Origin: an uncultured Christensenellaceae bacterium
GTDB taxonomy: Bacteria > Bacillota > Clostridia > Christensenellales > SZUA-584
Assembly (NCBI GenBank): GCA_964547655.1
Contig: CAZJOS010000003.1
Coordinates: forward strand, 1-32,220
Reading direction: 5' to 3'
DNA length: 32,220 nt
Part shown: in pieces, positions 1-7,764 of the stretch
Numbering within the stretch: position 1 is the stretch's first letter
Layout: every line of letters begins with the position of its first letter
Translations under genes and position numbers: made by a program
The notes under the pieces: model-generated
Told to the model about the DNA's origin: nothing
The model's input: only the letters and a program-made list of their open reading frames with translations
Database searches by the model: none

Positions 1-343
1 TATCACACATTTCATATGAAATAATAATGTCTTCAATATATTCTGAATACTCAAGTTTCACAAAACGTGCAGTAAAGTATCTAATTGCCGAAACAATAAA
101 GTAAAGCCCTATAACCGCCGGAACAGGAATAATTCCGAATTGAAGACCCTGTGAAATCGTAATAATGAAAACCAACGGAATGAAAATGATCCAGAAAAGC
201 TTATAAGGCGCACTATTAAGTATAGCGTAGCTTTTCCCGTATCTGTCTGTTATCGGCTTTGCCGAAAGCGACCTGCCGAAAGTCTGGCGGTAGAAATGAG
301 TTCTGTATGCCCGAAAACCTGGCCGGTCCTGTTTCGTATCCAT
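1..343 (-). CDS. hypothetical membrane protein, N-terminal part only (gene runs off the window start)
   Basis: Absent from the ORF track because it has no stop in the window. A reverse-strand ATG at 343-341 has GGGGGC about 6 nt upstream. It reads MDTKQDRPGFRAYRTHFYRQTFGRSLSAKPITDRYGKSYAILNSAPYKLFWIIFIPLVFIITISQGLQFGIIPVPAVIGLYFIVSAIRYF... with two hydrophobic helices. The frame is open to position 1. Same strand as, and just downstream of, the ABC-2 operon. Confidence 0.4.
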   Translation of the reverse strand, partial: MDTKQDRPGFRAYRTHFYRQTFGRSLSAKPITDRYGKSYAILNSAPYKLFWIIFIPLVFIITISQGLQFGIIPVPAVIGLYFIVSAIRYFTARFVKLEYSEYIEDIIISYEMCD

Positions 344-400
344 ACTCTGCCCCCGTTCAGCTATAATCATATAGCAGAATATATTTATAATACCTCTTGG

Positions 401-1519
401 TTAGCTTTCTTTCCTCCTCACCGCAAACGGCAGCGCGTTATACACCGCCGCGCACGCGGCAAGCCCCGCTATGCAAACTAACGGGTCGATCGTCTTAATG
501 GACGACAGCCAGCGTGAAGGCAATATGAAAGTCAAAGCGTTCAGAGCCCCGCCCGAGGGCAGCTTTATCAGCATAGAGCCGAACATTACGTTAGCAATGG
601 TTATCACCGATATAACCAGCATCAGCGCCGTCTGGTTTTGTATCTTGGAAACGAGCGCGGCTATGCCGCCGTATGAGAACAGGTACAGCGCGAACATTAT
701 TGCCATAGGCGCAATCATATACCCCGCGCCCCCTATGCCGAAGGCAATAAGCGGTATGGCCGCCGCGGGCAGTATGTATATCGTGTCGGCTATAGCCGCG
801 GAGAAGCGGAATCTCTCTATGGAAAACGCGCGTGTCTTGAGCCGCGCGGGGAAGTCGGCTCCCAGCCGCATCACCGCTATGCCGGTGAGCATGAAGAAGC
901 ACGCGAGCGCGGCCAATACGTAAAGCGCCTCGAACGCCGCGTCGATTATCGGCGTTACCTCGCCGGTCTGCCCGGCTTCATTAGTCCTCTCTATAGAGAG
1001 TATAGGCGAATCGGTGCCCGCGCTTGAGTCTTCGAATACCTTATTATATAGATCGGCTCCGCCGTAGCTTTCGGCCTCTTTGCCGCTGTAACAGGATAGC
1101 CACAGCCTCATGGCCTCTCCCCCCACGCTTTCGGATATCACTCCCGCGGCTGTGCTGTAAGGTGAGCGCAGCAGCTGCAATGTTCCGGCGTAGTCGCCTT
1201 TCTTTATCGACTCCTCGAAGCCCTTCTTTATAACGAAAACGCCTTCCAGCCTGCCCGTCTGCAAATTAGCCATGAGCGTATCCTCGTCGTCCCGCGTTAC
1301 CCATACCACTTTGAGTTCTTCCACGTTTTTAAGCAGCAGCTTCGAGAATTCCGTGTCGTCTTCGTCTATCCACCCTATAGGCACCGGCGCGTCGGGTATT
1401 ATGAGCCCTATAAACGGCGACACCGCGACTGTGATCGCGAGCGCGAGGAACACCAGCCCGTGCGCGGAAGTAAACAGGTTTTTAAGACGGTATTTTATTG
1501 TGGAAAAAAACAGCCTCAA
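401..1519 (-). CDS. ABC-2 type transporter permease
   Basis: 372-aa ORF with an N-terminal TM helix, a large extracytoplasmic loop and then a cluster of about 5 C-terminal TM helices. This is the typical ABC-2 permease topology. Its start overlaps the stop of the upstream permease by 4 nt (1516-1519). Confidence 0.75.
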   Translation of the reverse strand: MRLFFSTIKYRLKNLFTSAHGLVFLALAITVAVSPFIGLIIPDAPVPIGWIDEDDTEFSKLLLKNVEELKVVWVTRDDEDTLMANLQTGRLEGVFVIKKGFEESIKKGDYAGTLQLLRSPYSTAAGVISESVGGEAMRLWLSCYSGKEAESYGGADLYNKVFEDSSAGTDSPILSIERTNEAGQTGEVTPIIDAAFEALYVLAALACFFMLTGIAVMRLGADFPARLKTRAFSIERFRFSAAIADTIYILPAAAIPLIAFGIGGAGYMIAPMAIMFALYLFSYGGIAALVSKIQNQTALMLVISVITIANVMFGSMLIKLPSGGALNALTFILPSRWLSSIKTIDPLVCIAGLAACAAVYNALPFAVRRKES

Positions 1520-2730
1520 TCCGTTCTCCTTTTAAAACTCTTTATGCTTATTGGCAGCATAACAGCTATATATGCAATGAATATGCCGGCAAACAACAGT
1601 ATGCCGGCGGCTTCCCCGTCGAACATGCCCGATATCCCCATCTTAAGCGCGGCGGCAAACGGGGTGTAATACGAAATGTCGCGTACTACGGCCGGCATGT
1701 AAGCCGAGGGGATTATAAGCCCTCCTAAAAGCGACAGCGCGAGCACGCTCATAAACGATACCCTCACGGCAAATGAAGACGTATTAGAGAACAGCCCAAT
1801 GAGCATCATGCCTAAGCTTAAAAAGGCGCTTAGCAGAACGCCGAACAGCAGCATTATAAGCAGGCTGCCCGAAAACCGCGACGCCCCTCCCGCGATAAGG
1901 CAGAACGCCGCCGCGAGTATTATATATTCTATGAACAAAAAAGCGCTTCCCGCAAGCCACCGCGACATAAAACACCTTAAGGGAGTGTTGCCGGAAAGCT
2001 GCTGGCGAAGCACGAGGCCGGTGCCCCTGTCGTCGGCGGTTAGGCGCGCTATAGGCATTCCCCCCAGCGCCACGAACAGTATAAGAAAGCTCGCCGCGTA
2101 ATATTCCAATGGCAGCGCGCCACCTAAGGGAGACGTAAGGCCGGTGTCTTCATACAGCGCCGACCTCGAGAGCACGCTGGAAAAAAACTTGAAAGTGGTC
2201 TTCTGGAACTGCGCCGACGCGATTTCCCGGCCGGCTCCCGCGTCGATGAGGTCGAAATACAATACGTTTACCGAGTGCTGGGCGTGGCTAACGAGCTCTA
2301 CGCCCGAACTCAATGTCTCGAATAAAAGCGCGTCTTCGAGCGGCATATCCTTATTGCCGTAATACGAGATAGTTATGCTGCCCCCGCCCTGCAGCACTTC
2401 CTGCATGCTGCTCGGAATGTGTATATATGCTGCCGCGCCGTTTTCGACCGCCTCGAGGCCTTCCTCTTCGCTGTTTACGAATTCGGTGGCAATAAGCCCG
2501 CCTAATGACTCGCTTTCAACGAGGCTCTTAAGTATCGATGCCGTAAGGGGGTCGTCGTCTTCGCACCACACGGCTACCGAAAAATTATTTGTGCGCACGG
2601 CCGCAAAAAAATACGGCGCCACCGCTATGGATATGAACACGACAAATATAAGCGGCGCCGCTATCGCTATTATTATGGCCGCCCTGTTTTGCAGCAGCCT
2701 TTTAAAATCTATCGCGAAAAGTTTTTTCAT
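1516..2730 (-). CDS. ABC-2 type transporter permease (second paralog)
   Basis: 404-aa ORF with the same topology as the 401..1519 product: TM1, a loop of about 150 aa, then a C-terminal TM bundle. It starts 3 nt after the stop of the 2734..4242 gene. Confidence 0.75.
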   Translation of the reverse strand: MKKLFAIDFKRLLQNRAAIIIAIAAPLIFVVFISIAVAPYFFAAVRTNNFSVAVWCEDDDPLTASILKSLVESESLGGLIATEFVNSEEEGLEAVENGAAAYIHIPSSMQEVLQGGGSITISYYGNKDMPLEDALLFETLSSGVELVSHAQHSVNVLYFDLIDAGAGREIASAQFQKTTFKFFSSVLSRSALYEDTGLTSPLGGALPLEYYAASFLILFVALGGMPIARLTADDRGTGLVLRQQLSGNTPLRCFMSRWLAGSAFLFIEYIILAAAFCLIAGGASRFSGSLLIMLLFGVLLSAFLSLGMMLIGLFSNTSSFAVRVSFMSVLALSLLGGLIIPSAYMPAVVRDISYYTPFAAALKMGISGMFDGEAAGILLFAGIFIAYIAVMLPISIKSFKRRTD

Positions 2731-2733
2731 CTG

Positions 2734-4242
2734 TCATCTGTGGCCTTTAAAAGTTATTGCGGTATCCTCATCATAGTAACTGTAATCGGGAATGCCGGGG
2801 AAAAGCGAACCGAATACATCCTCCATGCTGCCCCATTCCCTGTCGTATACGCCTTTCCATTTACGGTCTTCCTTAAGCGTTTTAAGGCCGCTGCCAACCT
2901 TTGCGGATACGTCGATCTTCATGTTTACAGACACGCCGCCCGGTGAATTGAACATATCGTTGTATACGTTTCCGTTCATCGTAACGTCTCCGGTAATGGC
3001 ATATTCGTTTTCCCCGTTTTTGGAGAATTCGATCTCGCCCTCTATAAGCTGCGTCGTGTTGCTGCCCGTTCTTACGCTTGACGTCGTTTTCACCTCGCCG
3101 CTTATCTTCATCCTGCTGTCCTGCCAGCTGTATTTATATCTTGTTTCCTGTTTTGCTCCGTTAAGCTCGGTTAAGGCGTATACATAATTGTCGCTTCCCT
3201 CATACTCCTGCATATACGTATATTTATAGTCAAAGCCTGAACTTTCAGCATATATTCCGATGCTTATGCCTGCAGGGCTGCCGTCCCTCCTGAAAACCGA
3301 CCATGATAATTCGATATCCGCTAAAGCCTGCGTTCCAGCCGATGATTCGAGTTCTTCAATGAGGCCGCTTAAGTCCTGCTTTTCCAGCCCCGCGAAGTCA
3401 GTAAAATCGTCTGCTATGTTCTGAAGCTGCCTAAAAAACTTTTTATCGCTCTTTACCTCGCCGGCAAAATTGAGTATGACTTCCCGGAGCGCCTGCGAAT
3501 CGAGCGCGGTCGTGATAATGTCCATATCCGCTTCTTTTTCGTCTTTAGGGCTGTAGCCTTTGGCCGTTCCCTCCGTAGTATATTTGTCGGGAACGGAGTG
3601 CGCGAATTTTTCCAGAAGCGACAGATACACCTCGTCATCCGGAATAAAGGGAAATATCGCCTTCATTCGCTCATCAAAGCCCATGTCTTGCTTTATGTTC
3701 ACGCCTTCGGGTTTTTTGACCGGAGCGCTGCCCGTCCTCCCCATAAGCGTAACGACGAAGTCGTCTTCTATAAGGTATGCCGATATAACGTCTAACCCCA
3801 TGGAGCCGAGCCTTAAGCCGAAATCCTTAAGGTCGTACTTCGCGTAAATGCCTATGCCTATATTGTTTAAGGGGAGCAGGCTCTCGCTCTGGCTGCCTGA
3901 GTCCATATTTACCGTGCACTCTATTTCAAAAGGCTCTTCTTTCAGCCTTTCCCCAAGCTCTTTTATAACGGGGCTTGTGAGCTTATCCTGACTATCCTGC
4001 TGGCTGCAAAAAAAATCGTACGCGGCGACTACGCCAGCGTTGCCGGTAAGCTCAAACCTTTCCGGCGCCGGGCCCGGCGCCAGCAAAATGGCGATAACTC
4101 CCGCCGCGGCAAGCACAGCGGCTGCGGATATCCACAGCCAGGGCTTTTTATATAACGGCGCAGTATAGCCCTCATCCTGATATTGGGGCGCGGCGTACTG
4201 CTGCAGGCCTTCTTCACACGGAGCATTCATATCATAATCCAT
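2734..4242 (-). CDS. single-pass membrane-anchored protein of unknown function with internally duplicated extracytoplasmic domain
   Basis: 502-aa ORF. It has a short acidic/aromatic cytoplasmic N-terminus and one TM helix (WLWISAAAVLAAAGVIAILLA), followed by about 440 aa that are hydrophilic and beta-rich. An internal repeat is visible: NNIGIGIYAKYDLKDFG versus AGISIGIYAESSGFDYK. It sits between the ATPase and permease genes with gaps of 10 nt and 3 nt. Confidence 0.7.
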   Translation of the reverse strand: MDYDMNAPCEEGLQQYAAPQYQDEGYTAPLYKKPWLWISAAAVLAAAGVIAILLAPGPAPERFELTGNAGVVAAYDFFCSQQDSQDKLTSPVIKELGERLKEEPFEIECTVNMDSGSQSESLLPLNNIGIGIYAKYDLKDFGLRLGSMGLDVISAYLIEDDFVVTLMGRTGSAPVKKPEGVNIKQDMGFDERMKAIFPFIPDDEVYLSLLEKFAHSVPDKYTTEGTAKGYSPKDEKEADMDIITTALDSQALREVILNFAGEVKSDKKFFRQLQNIADDFTDFAGLEKQDLSGLIEELESSAGTQALADIELSWSVFRRDGSPAGISIGIYAESSGFDYKYTYMQEYEGSDNYVYALTELNGAKQETRYKYSWQDSRMKISGEVKTTSSVRTGSNTTQLIEGEIEFSKNGENEYAITGDVTMNGNVYNDMFNSPGGVSVNMKIDVSAKVGSGLKTLKEDRKWKGVYDREWGSMEDVFGSLFPGIPDYSYYDEDTAITFKGHR

Positions 4243-4252
4243 CGTTCTCTCC

Positions 4253-4945
4253 TCACGCGGTATAATACTTTACCGCTTCCGACAGGCTGCGCGCATGTTC
4301 GTTCTTCGAAAAATCGATGCTTCCGTAATACGTGCACGCCCCGTCCCTTAAGGCGATAAGCTCATCAGCAAGCGTACTCATCTCGTCTGTGTAATGGCTG
4401 GTAAAAATTATTGTTACGCCGCTGTTTTTAAGAGAGCACAGGCTGTCTATTATTTTCCGCCGGTTCGCTATGTCTACTCCGGCAAGCGGCTCGTCGAGTA
4501 TAAGAAGCTGCGGGCGCAGCACCAGAGACGCCCCTATATTGAGCCTTCTCTTCATTCCTCCCGAGAGTTTGGAAACTTTCTTTTTTTCCACCCCTTCGAG
4601 GCCTATCGTCTTAAGCGTCCATCTGTAAAGCTCGTCGTCTTTTAGCTTCATCCAGTAATAAAGGTTGTCTTTTACCGACAACTCCTGCATGAGCGCTATT
4701 CCCTGGGGAACGTAGCCAATTAACTCCCTCGCCTTTGCCGGCTTTGAGAGAGCGTCTATTCCGCCTATAGCTAAATTCCCGCTGTCGGGCAGAGACGCCG
4801 TCGCGAGTATTTTAAGCAGAGTGGTCTTGCCCGCCCCGTTTTCTCCGGCGACGGCAAGCGCGCTGCCTTTTTTAAGATCTATGCTGATATCACGGAGTAT
4901 CGCAGTTTTGCCGTACGATTTGCTTATATTGTCCGCTTTAACCAA
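4253..4945 (-). CDS. ABC transporter ATP-binding protein
   Basis: Walker A GENGAGKTT, ABC signature LSGGMKRRL, Walker B LLILDEP and H-loop TSHY. It uses a TTG start at 4945 with AAGGCGG 7 nt upstream. Confidence 0.95.
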   Translation of the reverse strand: MVKADNISKSYGKTAILRDISIDLKKGSALAVAGENGAGKTTLLKILATASLPDSGNLAIGGIDALSKPAKARELIGYVPQGIALMQELSVKDNLYYWMKLKDDELYRWTLKTIGLEGVEKKKVSKLSGGMKRRLNIGASLVLRPQLLILDEPLAGVDIANRRKIIDSLCSLKNSGVTIIFTSHYTDEMSTLADELIALRDGACTYYGSIDFSKNEHARSLSEAVKYYTA

Positions 4946-4977
4946 TTCGCTACCGCCTTGAAATTATTTATAATAAT

Positions 4978-5007
4978 AGTATAACATTCCATGAACTTAT
5001 AAGTCAA
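4978..5007 (-). promoter_or_regulatory. putative sigma-A promoter of the ABC-2 operon
   Basis: On the reverse strand: TTGACT (5007-5002), an 18-nt spacer, then TATACT (4983-4978). It lies about 30 nt upstream of the TTG start. Confidence 0.45.
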
Positions 5008-5032
5008 CGGCTCCGCAAGCCCTGTTTCACGC

Positions 5033-5065
5033 CAAAAATAAAAACCCCGCACTAAGTCGCACGGG
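5033..5065 (-). terminator. putative intrinsic terminator downstream of the bactofilin gene
   Basis: On the reverse strand: CCCGTGC-GACTTA-GTGCGGG, a 7-bp stem with 2 G-U pairs, followed by GTTTTTATTTTT. Confidence 0.45.
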
Positions 5066-5112
5066 CTGCCTTCAGAGGCTGCCAATCCGGTGAGGGGTTA
5101 AAAATAAAATGA

Positions 5113-5532
5113 TTACTTTTTGTCGCCGGCAATGGGGTTGACCGCAACGAAGGGCTCTTTTACTATTTTCGCGCCCTCTTTTACCAGCTCGCCTATTACC
5201 ATGCTGCCCTTGTAAAGCGCGCCCTTCTCCACTTCCATCGAAGCTGCTTTAACGTCGCCTATGAGCTTGGCGGTCCCGTAAAGAAGCAGCCCGCCCGCAG
5301 CGGATATGTTCCCGTTTACGGTGCCGGCTATCTGTATGTCCATGCCCGTTATGTTTCCTTCCACAAGCGCGCTGCCGCCGATGCTTATGCTGCCCGAGGC
5401 GTTAACGTTTCCGTTGACCCGCCCGTCGATCTTTATGTTGCTCTTAGTCTGCAGATCGCCTGTAATTACGGACTCCGCCGAGATGTATACGTCCATCTTT
5501 CCCGGTGGATCCTGAAAACCTGTTTTTGCCAT
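5113..5532 (-). CDS. bactofilin family polymer-forming cytoskeletal protein
   Basis: 139 aa. The product shows the repetitive beta-helix pattern typical of bactofilin/DUF583: ITGDLQTKSNIKIDGRVNGNVNASGSISIGGSALVEGNITGMDIQIAGTVNGNISAAGGLLLYGTAKLIGDV. A strong RBS (GGGAGGT) sits 7 nt upstream. A TGGTATAAT extended -10 is on the reverse strand at 5578-5570. Confidence 0.85.
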   Translation of the reverse strand: MAKTGFQDPPGKMDVYISAESVITGDLQTKSNIKIDGRVNGNVNASGSISIGGSALVEGNITGMDIQIAGTVNGNISAAGGLLLYGTAKLIGDVKAASMEVEKGALYKGSMVIGELVKEGAKIVKEPFVAVNPIAGDKK

Positions 5533-5640
5533 GATTGCTACCTCCCTGGATTTTTATTTATTATACCATATATATCAATACATAGTACTAAAATCACTAT
5601 ATGTATTTTAAGGCATATCCCTTATATTTTCCCATACCGG

Positions 5641-5937
5641 CTAATCTTCAAGGACGTCCTGAAGAAACTCAAGTTCGCTTTCATATGAGTCAATGGTTTG
5701 GGCCTGGTCGTTTATCTCATGCTTTAAGTTTTGCGCCCTGGTAAAATTGAGCGAAACCTGATATATCGAAACCGCGACAACGGCGGCGCAGCCTAAAACC
5801 AAAGAAATAACTACGGCCGCCGCCGCAACTATCGTCCTGCGTTTTACGTTGAAACAAGCCGACTTCTTTCTCGCATCCGTCTCCGACGTAAATATAACGC
5901 TGTATTGCTCTTTCTTAGCTTTCTTCTTCTTTATCAT
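5641..5937 (-). CDS. small membrane protein: Lys-rich N-terminus, one TM helix, C-terminal coiled coil
   Basis: 98 aa. The N-terminal 35 aa are paralogous to the N-terminus of the upstream NlpC/P60 protein (YSVIFTSETDARKK versus YSVIISSLTDARKK). Its start overlaps the end of the upstream gene by 23 nt. Confidence 0.6.
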   Translation of the reverse strand: MIKKKKAKKEQYSVIFTSETDARKKSACFNVKRRTIVAAAAVVISLVLGCAAVVAVSIYQVSLNFTRAQNLKHEINDQAQTIDSYESELEFLQDVLED

Positions 5938-7387
5938 CAGACTCTCCCGCAGTATCCGGCTGATAAGCCGCCTCGATGCCTTCCGTATACGGCCTTGCGT
6001 AAAACGCCAGCCTCCACTCGCTGCTGCTCCAGAGGTTCCTTATTACAACGCGCCCCCTGCTCCTGCTCGCCTCTATCACTTTGTTGTCTCCCAAATATAT
6101 GCCGACGTGATGTATACCCTTCCAGCGCGTGCATCCTTTAAGCGACCAGAAAATAAGGTCTCCCGGCTGCAGGTCTTTCTTTTCGATCATATAACCGTTT
6201 TTGTGACAGTATTGCGCCTGCAGCACCGATGACGTAGGTATCGTTATGCCCGCCTGATCATAGACCCACCGCGTTAAGTATGAGCAGTCAACGTAGTTGC
6301 CCGAGCCTCTCCTCCCGTTGGAATAAGGATGGCCCAGCCGTATCAGCGCGGTCTTAACTATTTCAGACCCTTTCGTGCCTTCGGGCAGTGCGGCGATTAT
6401 GGCCTGAATGTCCTCCGACTTCATGCCGTCGTAAACATCGAGCCCCAGTATGTCGGCAAAATACGTATAATAACTGGGCGACATGAGCTGTTCAAGCTTT
6501 TGTTTCTGCTTTTTGTCGAAGTCATGCAGCTCGGCGTCTTCAGCGTATGTAAGGCTTTTTACGTTGACGTATATGGTCAGCTTTATTTTTATTGCGCATT
6601 CCGGGTCGTTTTCTTCCGTGTATGGGGCCGTCTTGGTATAGAACGACGGCCGGTTCATCTCATAATAGATGCTTTTGAGCAGCTTTAAGTTTTCCGGCGT
6701 TATCGTCATGAACTTAAGCTCGTCGCGCATCGTTATCACGGCATATATCGAGAGAACGTCAGCCCAGTTGTTTTCCAGATTGCCGTCCCCGTCCTCGCCC
6801 TCGTTATATATGACTTCCGCTTCGCTAAACCCCTCGTTCGCTTTTATCTCTTCTATGCGCTTGTCGATATCCGCCTGAAAGTCCGCGTTTATCTTTTCTA
6901 TCGCCTCGTTCATGGGCATGCTCATTATATCAGCCAGGCTTCTTATGCCCGCAGACCTTTGGGGGGCCAACGCCATTATACTTACTTCGGGCTCATTGCC
7001 CGGGGTCAGCGGCACTGCCGGCTCCGGCGCCTCCGGGTTCAGGCTCACATGCCCCGTATCTTCATATACCGCTTTTATACCTTCGGAATCTATGCCGTTG
7101 GAATAACGGAACTGCTTTAATTTCGTAAGCTGCTGCGAATATGTGTTTAATACGACCGCATTGCCTTTTGACCTGGCTTTCAGCGCTTCGGCTTCAACCG
7201 AGCCGATTATCGCCTCGGAAGAAGTCAAAACAGCGGCGCCAGCCGAAGCCGTTACGATAACGAATATCGCGCAGATCACGAAAATAAGCTTTCTTTTGGT
7301 TATGCTGAATACAAAGGGTTTTTTCCTCGCGTCGGTCAGCGAAGAGATTATTACGCTGTAACGTTCCCTCTTTTTTTTCTTTACCAT
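5915..7387 (-). CDS. membrane-anchored NlpC/P60 family peptidoglycan hydrolase
   Basis: 490 aa with an N-terminal anchor and a C-terminal NlpC/P60 core. The core carries the catalytic Cys context NYVDCSYLTRWVY and the His context GIHHVGIYLGDNKVIEA. The central segment is described in findings. Confidence 0.85.
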   Translation of the reverse strand: MVKKKKRERYSVIISSLTDARKKPFVFSITKRKLIFVICAIFVIVTASAGAAVLTSSEAIIGSVEAEALKARSKGNAVVLNTYSQQLTKLKQFRYSNGIDSEGIKAVYEDTGHVSLNPEAPEPAVPLTPGNEPEVSIMALAPQRSAGIRSLADIMSMPMNEAIEKINADFQADIDKRIEEIKANEGFSEAEVIYNEGEDGDGNLENNWADVLSIYAVITMRDELKFMTITPENLKLLKSIYYEMNRPSFYTKTAPYTEENDPECAIKIKLTIYVNVKSLTYAEDAELHDFDKKQKQKLEQLMSPSYYTYFADILGLDVYDGMKSEDIQAIIAALPEGTKGSEIVKTALIRLGHPYSNGRRGSGNYVDCSYLTRWVYDQAGITIPTSSVLQAQYCHKNGYMIEKKDLQPGDLIFWSLKGCTRWKGIHHVGIYLGDNKVIEASRSRGRVVIRNLWSSSEWRLAFYARPYTEGIEAAYQPDTAGESDDKEEES

Positions 7388-7606
7388 CAGGCACCGATCT
7401 CTTTTTTAAAATATAACCGCTGTTCTTATTATATAAACAGAATCGGGCTGCTTTAATCAGCGCAAACAGCCTTTTATCATGACTTTTATTTTCCATACAT
7501 GGTTAATTAGGGATTACGGTTATTTGCGGCAGGTAAATACCGTAAAATGATGCTGCATTATACCGATACTGTAAAAAATCAAAAACCTTTAGCAGCGGCT
7601 CTCTAT

Positions 7607-7763
7607 GAAACGCTGATTTAATAAGGGCAATAAGATTTTCGAGGAAATTTGGTGTCTGCCAAGAAGCAAAAACGAAGGAATAGCAGCGCTATTTTGGAGT
7701 TTTGGCGACGCAGGCAGGCGACAAATTAACCGAAAAGACATTGCACGAATAAATCAGCGTTTC
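7607..7763. repeat. 157-bp imperfect palindrome (long hairpin-forming element)
   Basis: The outer arms are perfect complements: GAAACGCTGATTTA (7607-7620) and TAAATCAGCGTTTC (7750-7763). The inner arms are degenerate but alignable (GCAAT, TTTTCG, AATTTG, CTGCC, AAAAC blocks). The centre is the palindrome ATAGCAGCGCTAT at 7680-7692. The element abuts the stop codon of the 7765..8562 gene. Confidence 0.6.
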
Positions 7764-7764
7764 C

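Noticed and set aside
471-2776. Plus-strand ORFs 471..923, 1024..1233, 1272..1535, 1799..2101 and 2375..2776
   Set aside because: They are antisense to the two ABC-2 permease genes. Their Ser/Ala/Pro-rich composition mirrors the hydrophobic codons of the real frames.
7547-7621. 24-codon plus-strand ORF (MMLHYTDTVKNQKPLAAALYETLI) ending inside the left arm of the palindrome
   Set aside because: It has no convincing RBS or promoter and is too short to evaluate from sequence alone.
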